Below are positions 13,284 to 24,973 of a DNA stretch of 64,000 nt, one piece after another. The stretch is from contig OX597815.1 of the NCBI GenBank assembly GCA_951406725.2, positions 116,436,001 to 116,500,000 of the forward strand, written 5' to 3'. The notes below the pieces were generated by a model. It did not search any database, was not told the origin of the DNA, and saw only the letters and a program-made list of their open reading frames with translations. The translations under genes were made by a program, and so were the position numbers. The DNA is from Octopus vulgaris (taxonomy: Eukaryota). The first letter of the stretch is position 1. Each line of letters opens with the position of its first letter.

Positions 13284-13792
13284 GGTTATGTAAATAACTT
13301 TCCGCCCGTCCTCCCCCATTTTCTCCCAAAATTGTGGTGCACCTGAGCACTGTATGCAATAATTTCATTATATCATTTTTTTTTTTGCCAAAAATCCCCG
13401 TTTTCGGATACGGAGGTTCCGGAAAATTACCCAACATTAACCCTAACACCCTAAACCCTAAAACCCAAACCGTAAGTACAGAAATGTTTTGAAATGGTCC
13501 GAATCATAATGTCCGTACTTTCCCGCATATTTAGGGAAAAAAAATTCTTAAAAAAAATTTTGGAAAATGTTTTTTCAGAATCATAATCTCCGTATGTTTC
13601 TGCACATTTTGAAAAAAAAATTCTGAAAAAAGTGAAAAATGAAATGGTTGGGTGGGTGTTAATTTAGAAATGTCGATTTTTGCCAATTTTTTTTGCAGAT
13701 TCGTATTCCTCGTAGCAGAAAAGCGGGGTTTGTGTAAAAAAAAAAATTTAAGGGTGGTTTGGGGGTGGGGACGGGCGGGCGGAAGTCTTACC
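13284..13792. mobile_element. MITE with long imperfect TIRs, GG...CC termini and TTAA-like TSD (Kolobok-like)
   Basis: Left TAAGGTT..ACTTTCCGCCCGTCC..AAAATCCCCGTTTTCGGATACGGAGG mirrors right CCTCGTAGCAGAAAAGCGGGGTTT..GGACGGGCGGGCGGAAGT.CTTACC-TTAA. Confidence 0.65.
13332..13371 (+). mobile_element. 40-bp 3' tip of the CR1-like LINE inserted in the MITE
   Basis: TTGTGGTGCACCTGAGCACTGTATGCAATAATTTCATTAT matches the LINE 3' ends at 46660-46700 (+) and 28212-28251 (-). Confidence 0.8.
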
Positions 13793-14666
13793 TTAAGACA
13801 ACTTATCAAAGCACTGAAACTATTTTATTAGATTCCCTCTTCCATCACTCTTCACCATTCTCGTAATCCATCTTAGGTCTAAATTATTTTTGTAACACTT
13901 GATATAGCAGTGTTTTGCTGCACTTATTGAGTACTTTCTCTGTGACTTAACCAATTTAATCGGTTTGAATTACTGATGTCTCTGAAAGATTGAGTTAAAA
14001 AATTTTGATTGGGCTACTATTGTGACGGTATAGTTTTACTGGATTTTGAGGTACTAAAACTTTCCTTTATTAAAGATGCTTCTAGTGTTCCATTTCTTTA
14101 TTTCATGTTATGTTAGGCGACTGTTATTTTAAAAGGCTGTAGGTCTGCTTTGCTTGTTACTTTAAATTAAGAAGGGTTTCTAGTTTTATTTGTACTTTTT
14201 TCAGGGGAAGAAGGCAATGCCTATAACCCTCTCAACAGGTGGGAAGGAGGACTATCCTTAAACCGGAAACCTACCTTGAATGCTTGCAATAGATGGGACT
14301 TCCACTAAGGGCATTCAAGTTGCCAGGCAATAGTGTGAAACTGATCCATGGATTAAGTCGACAACTAAAAGGGGTCATGGTGATATTTAAATTTAGAACA
14401 CTAACAGTTCAAGCAAATAGCAAGCACAAGGCATTTGGTTCAACAATTCATCATCTAGAGTTTGTTAATGATGCACTCTCTTGTCTGTTGAGTTTTAAGC
14501 TCCCAAGTCTGTTGCGAACTTGACATGTACATTCTATAGTGATTGGATTTGCAATATAATAAATTTCCAATCATCACGACCCTGCTATACCGCTTTAGTC
14601 AGATTTCTCCTCAGTACTTGTCTTAGTTTTTGGTCTATTCCAACATTAGTCAACATACAACTCTTT

Positions 14667-14708
<42 letters not shown>

Positions 14709-14965
14709 ATCTCATATACACTTCATGTTCACTATCATCATAAGTTGTTTACGTATACTCAACTTTCTCTTAAAACAGTAGACTATAGCATGGGACAATA
14801 GTCAAAAGTAGTCCTTTTCTAGGTCAATGAATATGTTATTGTTCTCAATTAAGAACTCCGTAATCTCACTATAAGTAGCAACTGTAGTTTAATGTCCTGA
14901 CAGAAACCATGTTTTCCAATACAATGATACTTTTTACCATTTTCAAAATTAATTCATCAGCTTAA

Positions 14966-15116
14966 CCCTCAGAACCCCAGTGGCCACTATTCCAGCTGCA
15001 GATAGATACCCCGGCAGCTGCTTTACCAGCCAGTATTTTCTGCATTGGAAAACCAGACAGTAAGTAACTGCTGGGGTGAGGGTGCTCAGGACAATTGGTA
15101 TCTAGGGTTCAAAGGG
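14966..15116. mobile_element. piggyBac-like MITE
   Basis: TTAA-CCCTCAGAACCC...GGGTTCAAAGGG-TTAA. Confidence 0.75.
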
Positions 15117-17309
15117 TTAAGGTCTGTAATTTCTCTTGGTGCATTTTGTTTTGGTTGCAGTTGACAGTGGTGTTGCTGTCATGCCAGTCATTGAGAATGT
15201 TCCAGGATACGAACTTCCTATTTTAAATTAAAACCTTCCATTGAAATTTAATGTTAATATTCCGAAGTTTAGCTTAATGACGTTATACTAAACTCTTAGT
15301 TATTTCCAAAATTAACTGAAGTAAAAGTGTATGCCAACAGAAATATGGTAACAAATGGGTTAACTAACTTGTATAGAACCAGTTCGTCCATGAGGAGGCT
15401 TACAGCTTTCAATGTTTAGATCTCTTGCAATCAAGATGATCAACATAAAAGATTATAGGATTGACTTCACATACCCAGTGATTGACAGCAAGCCCAGTTT
15501 TAGTGAGAGTAACCATAAATTTCTTAGTGTTTCTTTTTCAATTTGCAAGATCATTGATATACAGACATGGAGGTTATGATCTTGTTAAGCAGTAAAAACC
15601 CTCCTAGTTAATGTCTTTTTCTGTTTGTTTTATTTTTTTTTTTACTTCCAACTTAGTGACATTATATCTTGGAAAAATAAGAATGAATACAAATGAACAA
15701 GTATCAACATGACTTAATATATCATGGTTCTGATAGATGCACTCATAACAGCAAGGCTAGAACAAAAGTAGTTCCACAATGGCCAACTAACTTAATGAAT
15801 AGATTGGTTGGTTTTGCTTGAAAATAGCCCATCAAAATTTTGTGAACTGCCAACCCATATCTGTTTGGTAATATTTCCCCATGATCAGACATTTTGCAAA
15901 ATTGGTATTGTCTGGCACTATTTAACAGTAACAATAGCTTTATGACTATCAAAGTGAGATGCATATCTCTCTCCACTCACAAGTCTTTGGTTGGCTCTGC
16001 CAGCCACTTCACAGAAATGTTGGCTGCATCTTATCACACCAGTATGGGAAATGTCTCTGTTCACCAGCACCAAAAAATCTCTCTTTCTCTTCGCAATTCT
16101 GAAAGGAGTCTCTTCCTTGCCCTAACTCCATTTGTTTATTTCTTTGTCACACAGCTGTTTGAGAAGAGAGCCGGGTCAAGAGGGTAATAGAATAAATATT
16201 TGGAAATCCTCTCTCTTAGTTTCCCAGCCATTGTCAGTTGTCAGATGTTGACAACATAATAAACCTGACAAGTTAATGGATATTAGAATATACACAATTT
16301 GTATGTTCTGGTATTCGTTAACCTGTCATGTTAACCATACTATTTTACCTGTTATAAAAAATCTAAATTGTTTGTTTATACACTGACTGACCAGTTCAGA
16401 GCTTGAACTTTCCTGGAATTAAGCCGTACCCCAGTTTTCAGGTTAGAAGTGGTCGGAGATTATGTATCAACAGTCAGTTATATTCCAACTTATTTGGATG
16501 AGCTTGTTGATAGCTAAAGCAGAAACATTAGGTGAAAAGCTACTTCAGTAAATTTTAATATTAAGCATTCTGCAAATTGGCTCTTCTCTTTGATCCTGCT
16601 GTTATGTGCTACAGTTCAGGTTGTATATAATCTGAGGATGTTCTACATTATGCCAACAAAGACTAGACTTTCAGTCTAGTAATTAATGTGAGTGTCTATT
16701 TTGATGTGTAGCTTTGTTAAACACTATAAGGCCAGATTAATAGCAGCATGGTGAAGGCATAGTGATGTCAGTTTGAGCAATATCTAATATGTAATATACT
16801 TTAATATGATATAGAACTTCAACTCTAAAAGATGAACAAAATTTAACCTGGTCAGATGCCTTGTTTTTATCCAAAATACATCACTCTTTGACTAATTGGA
16901 ATAGTAAACCTTCATCAGGTGGCAGAATATTTGTTCCTGTGTTATTCAAGGTGACAGTCTGTGCAACACAGAAATAGCTTGCTAAGTTTTCAAAGACTCA
17001 CTGATGGTGGAAAAAAAAAATCAACTGATCCATGGAGACCATCATGTTTTAAATATGTAAATGCATTTGTAGCATAATGAAATTGGCCCAGGAGAATAAT
17101 GTAACTCTTTGAAATGTTATTGATCAGTACTGATATAGTTATACATAGTCCAATTTGCCTTTGATAGCAGAATTAAAACTTGTAGTGCTGTATAGATTAG
17201 GGTGAGCATCCAATATTCTGAATGCTTGAAATATACATGAAGCAACTAAGATCAGCTTTGAAGATCTCAGCATTGTTACTTTTTAAGTACCTTGGATTCT
17301 TGTTTTGAT

Positions 17310-17802
17310 GATCACTCCCTTGATTTCACCCATAGTTAGACGAATGAACACGGTACTGAGACGTATCTCACTGTTGGTACAGCAGTGCTTGTGTGATCAT
17401 GGTTGAGCATTTTCTCAGTGCTGTTACAGAACAACTCAACTGGCAGAAATTGAGAAGGCTTACAGCAACTTCTGGCCCTACAAAAAGATATGAGTCGAAA
17501 TTGATGTTGCATGTAACCATATACAAGGTTACATTGTAAAAATATTTGTGTAACTATCTTTTTTTGATATGCTCTATAAGTAAACAATACAGCAAAAATA
17601 TTTAGTCTTTGTATAATTAATTTTTTTTATCACAAACAGTTAAGATCACTCCCTTAATTTCACCCATAGTTAGACGAATGAACACGGTACTGAGATGTAT
17701 CTCACTGTTGGTACAGCAGTGCTTGTGAGATCATGGTTGAGCATTTTCTCAATGCTGTTACAGAACAACTCAACTGGCAGAAATTGAGAAGGCTTACAGC
17801 AA
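17310..17802. repeat. 159-bp direct repeat pair (17310-17468 and 17644-17802)
   Basis: Copies differ at 4 positions by eye; 175-bp AT-rich spacer. Confidence 0.95.
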
Positions 17803-18083
17803 TTTCATCCCACTTGTATTTTGGGGTTTCATACATTTTCTGCACATGCCAGGAAAGCTGGGGCAAGTTTTGCTAGAAATTTTGTTTTGTGACTATGAAG
17901 TATGAATCTGACCTATTTAATAGTTAAATAAAAGGATGTTTGGTCAGGCATATTGGATACAATCAGTAAATACTGTTAAGTTGAGATTTCAGAAAGGCAT
18001 GTGCTGTGCAATGTGTGAGAAAAAAATTCCAGAAGAAACAAACAACTGGATCAGGTTATGGAGACAACTGATCCATGACAGGT

Positions 18084-18290
18084 GGCTTCATGCCTGGATA
18101 CTATCTTCTGAGTGAGGCAACTGCAGGAGAAATATATGGTTTAGAGTAGATCACTATTCCTAGCATTTATTGACTTGGAAGGCCACTAAGGAAGCTAGGT
18201 GTTGATAAAGATTTGTGAAGGCTGTGCATGCCGTGCACGAAGATACAATGAGTCAGCAACCTTTTTCAGTGATGAATTTAGTATGGGGGT
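18084..18290 (+). mobile_element. Degenerate RTE-like reverse transcriptase fragment
   Basis: Frameshifted GFMPG..TIF.VRQLQEKY...LFLAFIDLE...LRKLGV. Confidence 0.65.
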
Positions 18291-19754
18291 ATCTTCAAAC
18301 AATACATTACAAATTGTAATATATTTAAAAATCTGACAATAATTGAGCTATTTTCTATGCTATTAGCAAGCATGTTAGAATGCTTAACAAACAGCCCCCA
18401 TAACAGTACTTCTCTATTCAGATCTGTGAATTTGTTTTCTTTTCATCTGTTTTAGATGCCCCACTTCCCCTAATAAACTATGATAAAGGCTTTTCTCCTG
18501 TGAGAAGAGTTCAATCATATAAAGTGGAACTGATTGTGGGATGAAGTATAGCTTGTTTTTGCTATAGTAAGTAGTTGGCAGAAAAAAAATAGTCATAGGA
18601 ATTACCAGCTAAAATCTCTGAATTTTATAATATGAAGTTGAGATGCATGCAAAAAAAAAAGGGTTTTATTGGAGTAGTGATAGGGAAAAACAGGTAGTTT
18701 TGAATGTGTATGTGCACACAGATGAGTAGTACCATAGCTGGTGATTGATAATCAGGGCACGGAAACTGCATATATGTACATATATAGTCTACTCTTGTGT
18801 TGTTTAGGAGGAAGGGATTGTGCCCATGGTCTTTGCTCACCCTCTTAGGCAGAAAGTTCATGTCTCCAGATGTTGGAAGACAACAGTTAAAGGGGAAAAT
18901 ATTCTGAAAAAGGACTTTGGTAATGATTATTGTGAATGATGTGTGACAGAAACAGAAAAGAAATGAGCAAGTTGGGAGTGCTTGAGGGGAAGTGATATGA
19001 GATGAAGCAGAGGTCACTGAAGTCACTACATTCCCCCTGTTCATTATAATAAATTTACAACAAATTATTGTTGTTGGCCACCATGTTCAACTAGGAATAT
19101 TACTATTCAGAAGTAACATTCCAGTATGTACTCGAGAATTAAAGTTCAAGAAATAATCGTCTGCTAAGTTTGTGACACGTCAGTAAGACTTAATAAGGAT
19201 TATGCAAAAGATTTTGAAAATAACCTGTTTCTTGTCAGCTTATCAGGCATACCTTCAGCAGCTGAATCAGCAGCTGCATTCCAATCTTCCCCAGCATTGG
19301 TTGCTTATATATTAATAGTATCTAACAGGCTGCTGAGGTATATGAGCTTTAGAAAGGTCTCTGTCTAGACGCTTCTTCTACAATCTAGCATTGCTTTTAC
19401 TGTCTCTAAAACCTTACAATGAAGGTATTGAATGATTTTTTAAACTCCAGTAATTCTGAAGGTGCACAAAATAATTATGATGGTAAGTTCTCTTTTTAGT
19501 TTTTCAGATGTTCATAAGGATATTGTATTTTTCCCCTTTGTGTAACTTATATATTAAGCTAACATTCATTTACTCACACGTAATGTCCATGAGTCCGATA
19601 TTTTTTTTTTATTGTGAAGTAGTTTCTTTAGTCTTGAGAGGTAGTCTTCAGGTAATCCTGTTTTTGTTAAAAAAAAAAATTTAGTCACAAAATCTGAATT
19701 GATTCTGTGTTGTATAATTTCATTTTTTTTATCTTTTTACATTTTTTTTTTCAG

Positions 19755-20055
19755 GCTCCCTTGACATCATGGATGTAGATAATGAAGGCATGGAAAAGGA
19801 GATGGTTTTTGTTGATAACAATCACCATAAAGATTTGCTGTCATCTTTAAATTTGTTACAGAAAAATGGACAGTTCTGTGATGTAAAGCTGGTGGTTGGA
19901 AAGCATGAAATCTCAGCTCATAAAGCTGTTATGGCTGCTGTCAGCACTTATTTTTTCAATCTGTTTACCACAAAAGATTCAGATAATATGTATGAATTAA
20001 CTGATGTTGATTATGAAAGTTTCCAGCACTTACTTAACTATGCCTACACTGGACG
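19755..20055 (+). CDS. IVNS1ABP: IVNS1ABP homolog exon, BTB/POZ domain (internal ATG 19769)
   Basis: Polypyrimidine tract TTTCAG| acceptor. Peptide FCDVKLVVGKHEISAHKAVMAAVSTYF...LLNYAYTG is a classic BTB. Donor CG|GTAAGT. Confidence 0.95.
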
Positions 20056-22666
20056 GTAAGTTAACAATTTCATATATTTTCTTTTCTTTCTTTTTTTTTC
20101 TTTTATACAAGAAACTGTTTTTATATTCTTTTTACTTTCATTTAAAGCTTGAAGAATGAAAATAAGGTAAAAAAGATATGCTGATATCTTCGTTTAAATA
20201 TCTCCAAAATTTGATAGTTAATTAATTATTAAATCATCAGTTAACTAGATAACTAGTTAAAGAATTAAGTTTTTGAGAAATGTACAAAAACAATATCTAG
20301 ATTGTTTGATTTTTGTATCTGCATATTATTACAGCATACACATGAAAACATTCATTTGATAGTTTTCAAACAAAAAAAAAATATTTTAAGGCTTATATTT
20401 CTTTCCATAATTTTACACATTAAAAAAATACATATTTTTGTTACTTGCTGTGATATCTATACAATTTATAATTTAAACTAACATGTTAATAATGTATCTC
20501 TATCAGATGTTAATTTTTATATTTGCTCTGTAACAGATACTCTCATGTCAAAGTGGAACTCCAAAAGTGGGTGAGCTTCACTTATGATATATTCACTAGT
20601 GAAACAAAAATCCAATATGCTGAAGTATGTTTTTATTTAGTATTACAATTTAGATTTATGAGCATTTTCTTAAATTGTCTATTTCTTTATTACTTTTTAA
20701 GAATATTTTTTTCATTTTTGATTGTCCACTTGATCTATTTTACTATATCTGCAATATGTACACACATTTCTTGTAAAGCCTTTTTTTAAATTTATTTTCA
20801 GGTTCAAGAATATTTTTTCTACAACTGTTTGCTAATCTTAGTCATTTTTGATTTTCATTTTATTGAAATAGATATGATTTAATTTTCATTAATATAAAGT
20901 TCTTTATTTTTTTGAGTAATAATGTAATTTTAAACATGCATTTTCTTCTCACCATATTGAGCAGATTTAAAGTTTTGTGGTAAGAATATTATTTAAAATG
21001 TTTCAGTTTATGAAATTGTATTATTCTGAAACTCCAGTCTTTTATGCATAGAGGTAATATTTGTCTCTGTGATTATCCCTGCGTTCAGATATACCAAGTT
21101 GTATATGAACCTAGAGCTGAAAGAATTTTGAATGAAATTGAACTAGCAGTAGTGCTCCTGTACTAGTCACATAGTCTCTGAAGCTGTAGCTACCAAGCTA
21201 CCTCTCAAATAAGCTGTGAAATTTTGGAGTTGTCCTAAAATAGGCATGGCTAGAAAGACAAGCAAATGGTTCGAGCTAAGCAAATTTGCTTAGACAGAAT
21301 AGTGGTATGATGGTAGTGCAGGAGCCTAAAAAGTTGTTAGTAAATATACAGGTTTACGGTTTGGGTTTTGAATCCTGTTGAAAAACAATTACATTTTCAT
21401 TTGACTTGTCCAGACAAATTGAGAGGAATCTAAACTGTTCGTCATTTGGTAATTTGTGACAGATCTGTGTTGCAAATAATGATTGGACCTGCTCTTGAAA
21501 ATGCTTACTTTTCGAGCTTATTTATGTAATAAAGTTGAATTTTTAATGTAAAATAGTATACAATTATATATTCCCAATTCATTGTCTTTATCTTTTTTTT
21601 TTATAAGTAAAAATTACATAGGAAATATCTTCACACTTTCCTATGTAATTTTATTTTTCTATAGTTATATCCATTTTAGTTGGCCATAAGTTTAAACAAT
21701 TAAGTTCTATGTCTGAAAAAAAAAAAAAAAGATAAAGACAACTAACTTGCATTTATCTTAATATAGTAATTATACTTAAATCTTTGATTTTCTAAATCCT
21801 GACTATTTCTGTAACTTTAAAGAATTAGTTTATCATTCTCTTTTTTATTTGCATTTTTATTTTTATTAACCTCTTTTGCTGGCACATGAACATGCTATTT
21901 CCTAGTATTAAACACTGAAATTGATTTTATTCAATTGGAATGAACATGCTACTATACTGATTTTTTTTCTTCTTTTTTTGTTTGTTTAATTTTAATTATA
22001 GCACTAAAATGTCACATTTATGAATGTTTCTACTTCATATGGCAATTACCAATCACTATTTCATGACATTAAATATTATTGTGTGGAGAGAGAAAAACAA
22101 AACAATTCTTAATTTTATATAAATATATATATGAATGAAATTTGATTTAATAATCAATAGTTATAGATGATAGACTTATATTTAGAAAATCCCTTAGAAT
22201 TGTTTAATATTTTTCTAAATTCTTAACCAATAATTTAAAATTCGACCTAAAAAAGATTTTTTTTTTATACATATGCTGCAGTAAATGTGAAACACTATTC
22301 TGTAGCAGAAATTTTAATATTTTGAAGAAGAAAAACTGATTTCACAAATTATTTATATTGAATATGCATATATATCAGTTTGTGATTTATTTAATTGGGT
22401 TGGTAATTGATCAGAAAGGAAGAAAGAAAATATATATTCCAACCGTCAATTTTTTTTTTTTTTTCCTTAAAATTGCTTTTACAGTCTGCTCTGAAGGTCA
22501 TTCACTAAACCAATGTTTATTAATACATGAATTTGTATACAAATTTAATTAAAATGTAAATATTTATTTATAAAAACTTATAATGGAACTCCACTAAATA
22601 GTTTATGCAGCTTTACCATTTATTCCTTGTGGATTGTAAATATTTATAAACAATTATGCATTTTAA

Positions 22667-22876
22667 CCCTTTAGCACTTAAACCAGCCATATCTGGCCAA
22701 GTATTCTACCTGTTATATGTTCATACCAGCCAGATCTGGCCTCTCATGCCTACCCTACAGTGTCATTCTAAAAATATACATCATGGAAGTCACAAAGTTA
22801 CAAGATAATGCATGATTAATTCAAAAAAATGTAAATAAATAAGCATTACATTTGGTGCATTCTGAATGCTAAAGGG
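22667..22876. mobile_element. piggyBac-like MITE
   Basis: TTAA TSD at both ends; perfect 10-bp TIR CCCTTTAGCA / TGCTAAAGGG. Confidence 0.85.
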
Positions 22877-23093
22877 TTAAATATTTAGTTCCCACTATTT
22901 CCCTTAGAAATTTCTCCTCTCTTTCCACATGTTGAATAAAATTAACAATTCAAACTCAAGTGATGACCATCACTGCAGACTGTAATACAGTTATCGTAAA
23001 TATAAATTGTTTTCCTCTGTCTTTACTGTACTACAGGCAGGTAAGTTAACTACTGTAATGTACGGTAACAACCTCTCTTTATGCCTCCTGCAG

Positions 23094-23218
23094 ACTGCAG
23101 CTTCCAGGTGCGGAGGTAAAGACAGTGTACAAGGCAGCCATGCAATTCCGGATTGCTTCAGCAGCCAAGGCCTGCTCTGATTTCCTGGTGGCTAACCTCT
23201 CCCCTTCAAATTGTCTTG
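23094..23218 (+). CDS. IVNS1ABP: IVNS1ABP homolog exon, end of BTB / start of BACK
   Basis: CCTGCAG|A CTG CAG...; translates (R)LQLPGAEVKTVYKAAMQFRIASAAKACSDFLVANLSPSNCL; donor G|GTATTT; phases 2 to 1 fit. Not in the ORF track in this frame. Confidence 0.92.
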
Positions 23219-24942
23219 GTATTTATCATTCTTGGGACACATTCTCTTGGTTTGTCAGTAGTTACTGTCTTAACTGCAGCATTCTCTGCAGTTGAGGAAC
23301 TTTTCTCCCTCCCTCTTTCTCTATCACTCTCTTTTTCTCTTTCTTTTCCTCTTCTCTTTCCCTCTCTCTCTCATCCACTTTCCTTTTTCACTCTCACCCT
23401 CTCATTTACTTTTTTCTTTCCCTCAGTAAATTTTTTTTTTAACTATAATTGATCAGTATTCTGAAATCTATATGATCTATATATTTATAATATACTGTTT
23501 TGATTATTTTGTATTAAAGTTAAGATTAAATATTGGTTTGTGTGATTAGCTAGTAAATTGTATTGTGAAATTCTGATAATTTATAATACTTCAATTAAAA
23601 ATGTCTTCAGGAAGGCTAGAAACTTAGATGTATAGTGATAACTTTGGTAATTGATCCTTTATGTTGTAAAGGAAATAAATTATTGATTTTTAAATAGATT
23701 CAGCTTGTAAGTTATATTTTTATTTTGAAAATAGCTTATTCTTAATATTATAGCTGGAAAAAAATACTTACCTATTTCACAAATTTGCTATGTTAATATT
23801 CTAAAATTCCTTGTACTTAATATATAATAGACTGGAATTTTCCTAATTTCCTCTTTTGGACAGACACTAGATTTTATTGCTTAGAAATAATGATTTATTC
23901 AATAGTTTTCTTTCAAATGTATCTTGACTTTCTTAAATGATTTCTTATTGAAAAGTGCATGAGAATAATATTCCTGTCACACTTTATGTAAATATATTTG
24001 TCTTGGTGACAACACTATGGAATAAGTTTTTAACGCTTTATTCAAGATTCTTGTATACATAATATTATTAATATACCTTTCTTGCTGTTACTATTCTGTG
24101 TTACTTTTCGTTGCTAAATTACTTTTTGAAACAATTTTCCATATCATTCCTGTTAATTCTGTATTTGTCAGTATTTAATTTATTAATTGCTGTAAAAGAC
24201 TTTGTTTTTTTCACTCCTTCATTGCATCATAAGACTTTAGGATAAGGTTAAAAATACTTGTCCAAAACAAATTTTTATAACTACTGCTGTTGAATTTATT
24301 TATAGTCAGTACTGTGCTAAAAATATCTACATCTATATATCTACACATACTCACACACACACCTAATAATTGGCAAATATCTGTATATCATTAATGTAGT
24401 TTTACTTATCTATCACATACTGTGAATTGTTTAAGCTAAGTTAAAAATTTCTATTTTCTTTTTAATCACATTTATTTAGTCAAACACCTACCAAATAGTT
24501 CTTTCACTACAATACTGTAGTTGTGGCTAGTATCAATTTCTATGTTGCCAACATTGATGGTTCTTTTTCTTATTTCTATTCTGAGATTAAGGCATCACTG
24601 TATCAATTGTTAGTTATGATAGTGAATGTGCATCATATGTATCTAGGCCTTTCATTTTAGTTTCTTTTAAATCAATGGAAGCAAAAATAATGTAATAATT
24701 AGCAGTTTTTGTTTTCATAGTATTTCAAGTAACAATTACTATCTAGTTTTACAATTATTACTTTTGAATGACCCACTTTCTATATATTTGTGTGTGTGTG
24801 TGTGTGCACATGTTTATATCTGTTGGTGTTAAATGTAGGCATGTATGTGTGGGAATATGTAATGTGTGCATGTATGAGTACATTCATGTGTATGTATCAG
24901 TTATAGGTATTTTATGTGCTTGTATGTCTATATTTAAAGGTT

Positions 24943-24973
<31 letters not shown>

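Larger units (their letters stand above)
5500..13800. promoter_or_regulatory. CpG-retaining (probably hypomethylated) promoter and 5' part of intron 1
   Basis: CG dinucleotides are visibly frequent here and scarce in 1-5 kb and in the 14-38 kb gene body (qualitative reading). Confidence 0.6.

Noticed and set aside
13438-13466. Telomere-like CCCTAA repeats as an interstitial telomere
   Set aside because: Only about 4 degenerate units and internal to a MITE.
16880-16920. Minus-strand CCTGATGAAGG hammerhead-like start
   Set aside because: No GAAA box or stems I/III recoverable; at most a decayed relic.
23153-23452. 99-aa hydrophobic ORF overlapping an IVNS1ABP exon
   Set aside because: Wrong frame for the exon and runs into a CT-rich intron; non-ATG start.
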